This document shows positions 62,710-64,000 of a stretch of 64,000 bases of DNA, in pieces (positions within the stretch are counted from its first letter, which is position 1; each line of letters starts with the position of its first letter). Below the pieces are notes generated by a model. It had not been told where the DNA came from. It did not search any database and was given only the letters and a program-made list of their open reading frames with translations. The DNA is from Acidimicrobiaceae bacterium. Its GTDB lineage: Bacteria > Actinomycetota > Acidimicrobiia > Acidimicrobiales > Aldehydirespiratoraceae. The stretch is taken from the NCBI GenBank assembly GCA_009844405.1, contig VYBO01000130.1:12-64011 (forward strand), read 5' to 3'. Both the position numbers and the translations under genes were made by a program.

Positions 62710-64000
62710 CTAGCTCCGCGGGGCCCCGCGCCGAGGCTCAGCGGGAGGACCGGGGCCGGAGTTGTGCTGCAGCGTGGTCCCGGACGTGTAGTCGATCATC
62801 TCCAGGAACCACTCGACGCCGCCGGCGAGCGTCGCGCACTCCTGGGAGACGGCGTCCCCGGCTACGCCCTCGAAGCAGGCGCGGGCCTGCCAGGACCACA
62901 CCCCCGAAGACGGGAGCTGCCACCGGCACTGGTCGTAGGCGTCGGCGGCGACCATCGCCGTGGCGACGTCGCACGACGCCCGTATGTCGCGGCTGCGGTG
63001 GCTCTGCCGTGCCTGCGCCTGCTCGGCCGCACTCAGGTTGTCCCAACGGCTCAGGTAGGTGCCGAGACCTGCGCCCGGTCGGGCTGCCCTCGTGTTCTCG
63101 ATCATGGAGCGGTGCCGGGCGGTCCACGGCAGCAGTTGCTCAAGCCGGGTCTGCACGCTCGCGGCCTGCCACAGGCAGCCGTCGTCGCTTGGGACGTGCC
63201 AGAGGGCGTCAGGGTCGATGACCGGCCACACGGGCGACTCGGACACCACCAGGTATTCTGCGCCGCCCGGCACATCGGGATGCGGAGGCCAGGGCCTGCC
63301 CGGCTCGCCCTGCGACTCGATGTCGACCAGCGTCGCCCACCGCAGCTGCGACACGAACCGCGAGCGCTCGCCGGCAGTCAGCCCCAGACCTGTCGTGCAC
63401 GGATCCTCGTCGTCGTCGGCCCCGCCGGGCGGTCTGCCTCCGCTGCCGCCGGGGCCTCGGTCTCCTGCGTCGTCGTCGGGTTCGATGCGGTCCAGGAACG
63501 CGGCGAGCTGGGCGTTGGTCATGGTCGAGTCGGGATCGGCGTCGGGCCGGCTGTAGGGGTTGACCACCCCGTCGCCGTCGCGGTCGTGGCCCTTCAAGAT
63601 GCCCAGATCGGCCAACTCGTCGGCCACCTCGAAGGGATCCGCCTCGGGGTCGACGTCGATGCCGATCCCGACCGCTATGGCGATGAACATGTCCCCCCGG
63701 TCGGCGCTGCCCTCTTCGGGGAGGGTCTCGAGGGCGGCTTCGGCGTCGAAGTCCGGGTTGTGCTCCCCGTAGCGTTCGATGATCGCCAGGAGGTCTTCGG
63801 CGCCGGTGTCCTCGTCTGGATTGTAATCGTCGGGCAGGTAGCCGTTATCAATGCCGGCGTCGATCTCTCTGCACGCCCAGGACCGGCAGTCCGGGTCGCT
63901 GCCGGAGGCCTGCGTGGTGGTTGTCGCCGGTTTCGTGGTGGTGGGCGGCCTGGTGGTGGTCGTCGGGCAGTTCGGGAAGCAGCGCGGGAAGACGATGATC
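62710..64000 (-). CDS. Secreted hypothetical protein, 5'-partial (continues beyond the window)
   Basis: The frame is open from the window edge: ..TTTTRPPTTTKPATTTTQ.. Thr/Pro linker, a DRDGDGVVNP calcium-binding-like loop, an acidic region and a Cys/Trp-rich C-terminal domain. Confidence 0.55.
   Translation of the reverse strand, partial: IIVFPRCFPNCPTTTTRPPTTTKPATTTTQASGSDPDCRSWACREIDAGIDNGYLPDDYNPDEDTGAEDLLAIIERYGEHNPDFDAEAALETLPEEGSADRGDMFIAIAVGIGIDVDPEADPFEVADELADLGILKGHDRDGDGVVNPYSRPDADPDSTMTNAQLAAFLDRIEPDDDAGDRGPGGSGGRPPGGADDDEDPCTTGLGLTAGERSRFVSQLRWATLVDIESQGEPGRPWPPHPDVPGGAEYLVVSESPVWPVIDPDALWHVPSDDGCLWQAASVQTRLEQLLPWTARHRSMIENTRAARPGAGLGTYLSRWDNLSAAEQAQARQSHRSRDIRASCDVATAMVAADAYDQCRWQLPSSGVWSWQARACFEGVAGDAVSQECATLAGGVEWFLEMIDYTSGTTLQHNSGPGPPAEPRRGAPRS

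Overview
High-GC, actinobacterial-type chromosomal window. The conserved core resembles the mycobacterial topA..clpC1 and Tad neighbourhoods. It holds mrpABCDE (minus strand; F/G presumably lie beyond the left edge), nhaA, topA, an MFS gene, tmk, holB and tRNA-Thr(CGU). It continues with sigH-rshA, a DUF2342 metalloprotease, tilS, hpt, panC, coaX, lysS, a polyprenyl synthase, clpC and several oxidoreductases, and ends in a Tad/Flp-like pilus locus. Two tRNA-Thr-associated accessory islands interrupt this core. Island 1 (~12.69-20.80 kb) is bounded by a 17-nt direct repeat of the tRNA 3' end and a decayed integrase. It carries an MNT-HEPN pair directly upstream of a 1750-aa exonuclease-RecQ-UvrD fusion, plus gene fragments. 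Island 2 (~39.8-55.1 kb) is bounded by a 44-nt duplicate of the tRNA-Thr(UGU) 3' part and ~150-bp repeated arms, with no integrase seen. It is packed with defence-type genes: a RelA/SpoT (toxSAS-like) pair and a 1344-aa Cap4-like-nuclease/P-loop NTPase giant. It also has a patatin / CD-NTase / stand-alone E2 CBASS-like operon translationally coupled to an unassigned 1234-aa protein with a C-terminal PD-(D/E)xK-like motif. A divergent XRE-HIRAN regulator and a second MNT/HEPN-like module complete it. The best candidates for something undescribed are the CBASS operon with its extra giant genes and the MNT-HEPN + Exo-RecQ-UvrD module. A 4-copy intergenic repeat family is dispersed through the core. 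All functional calls come from motif recognition by eye, with no database search.
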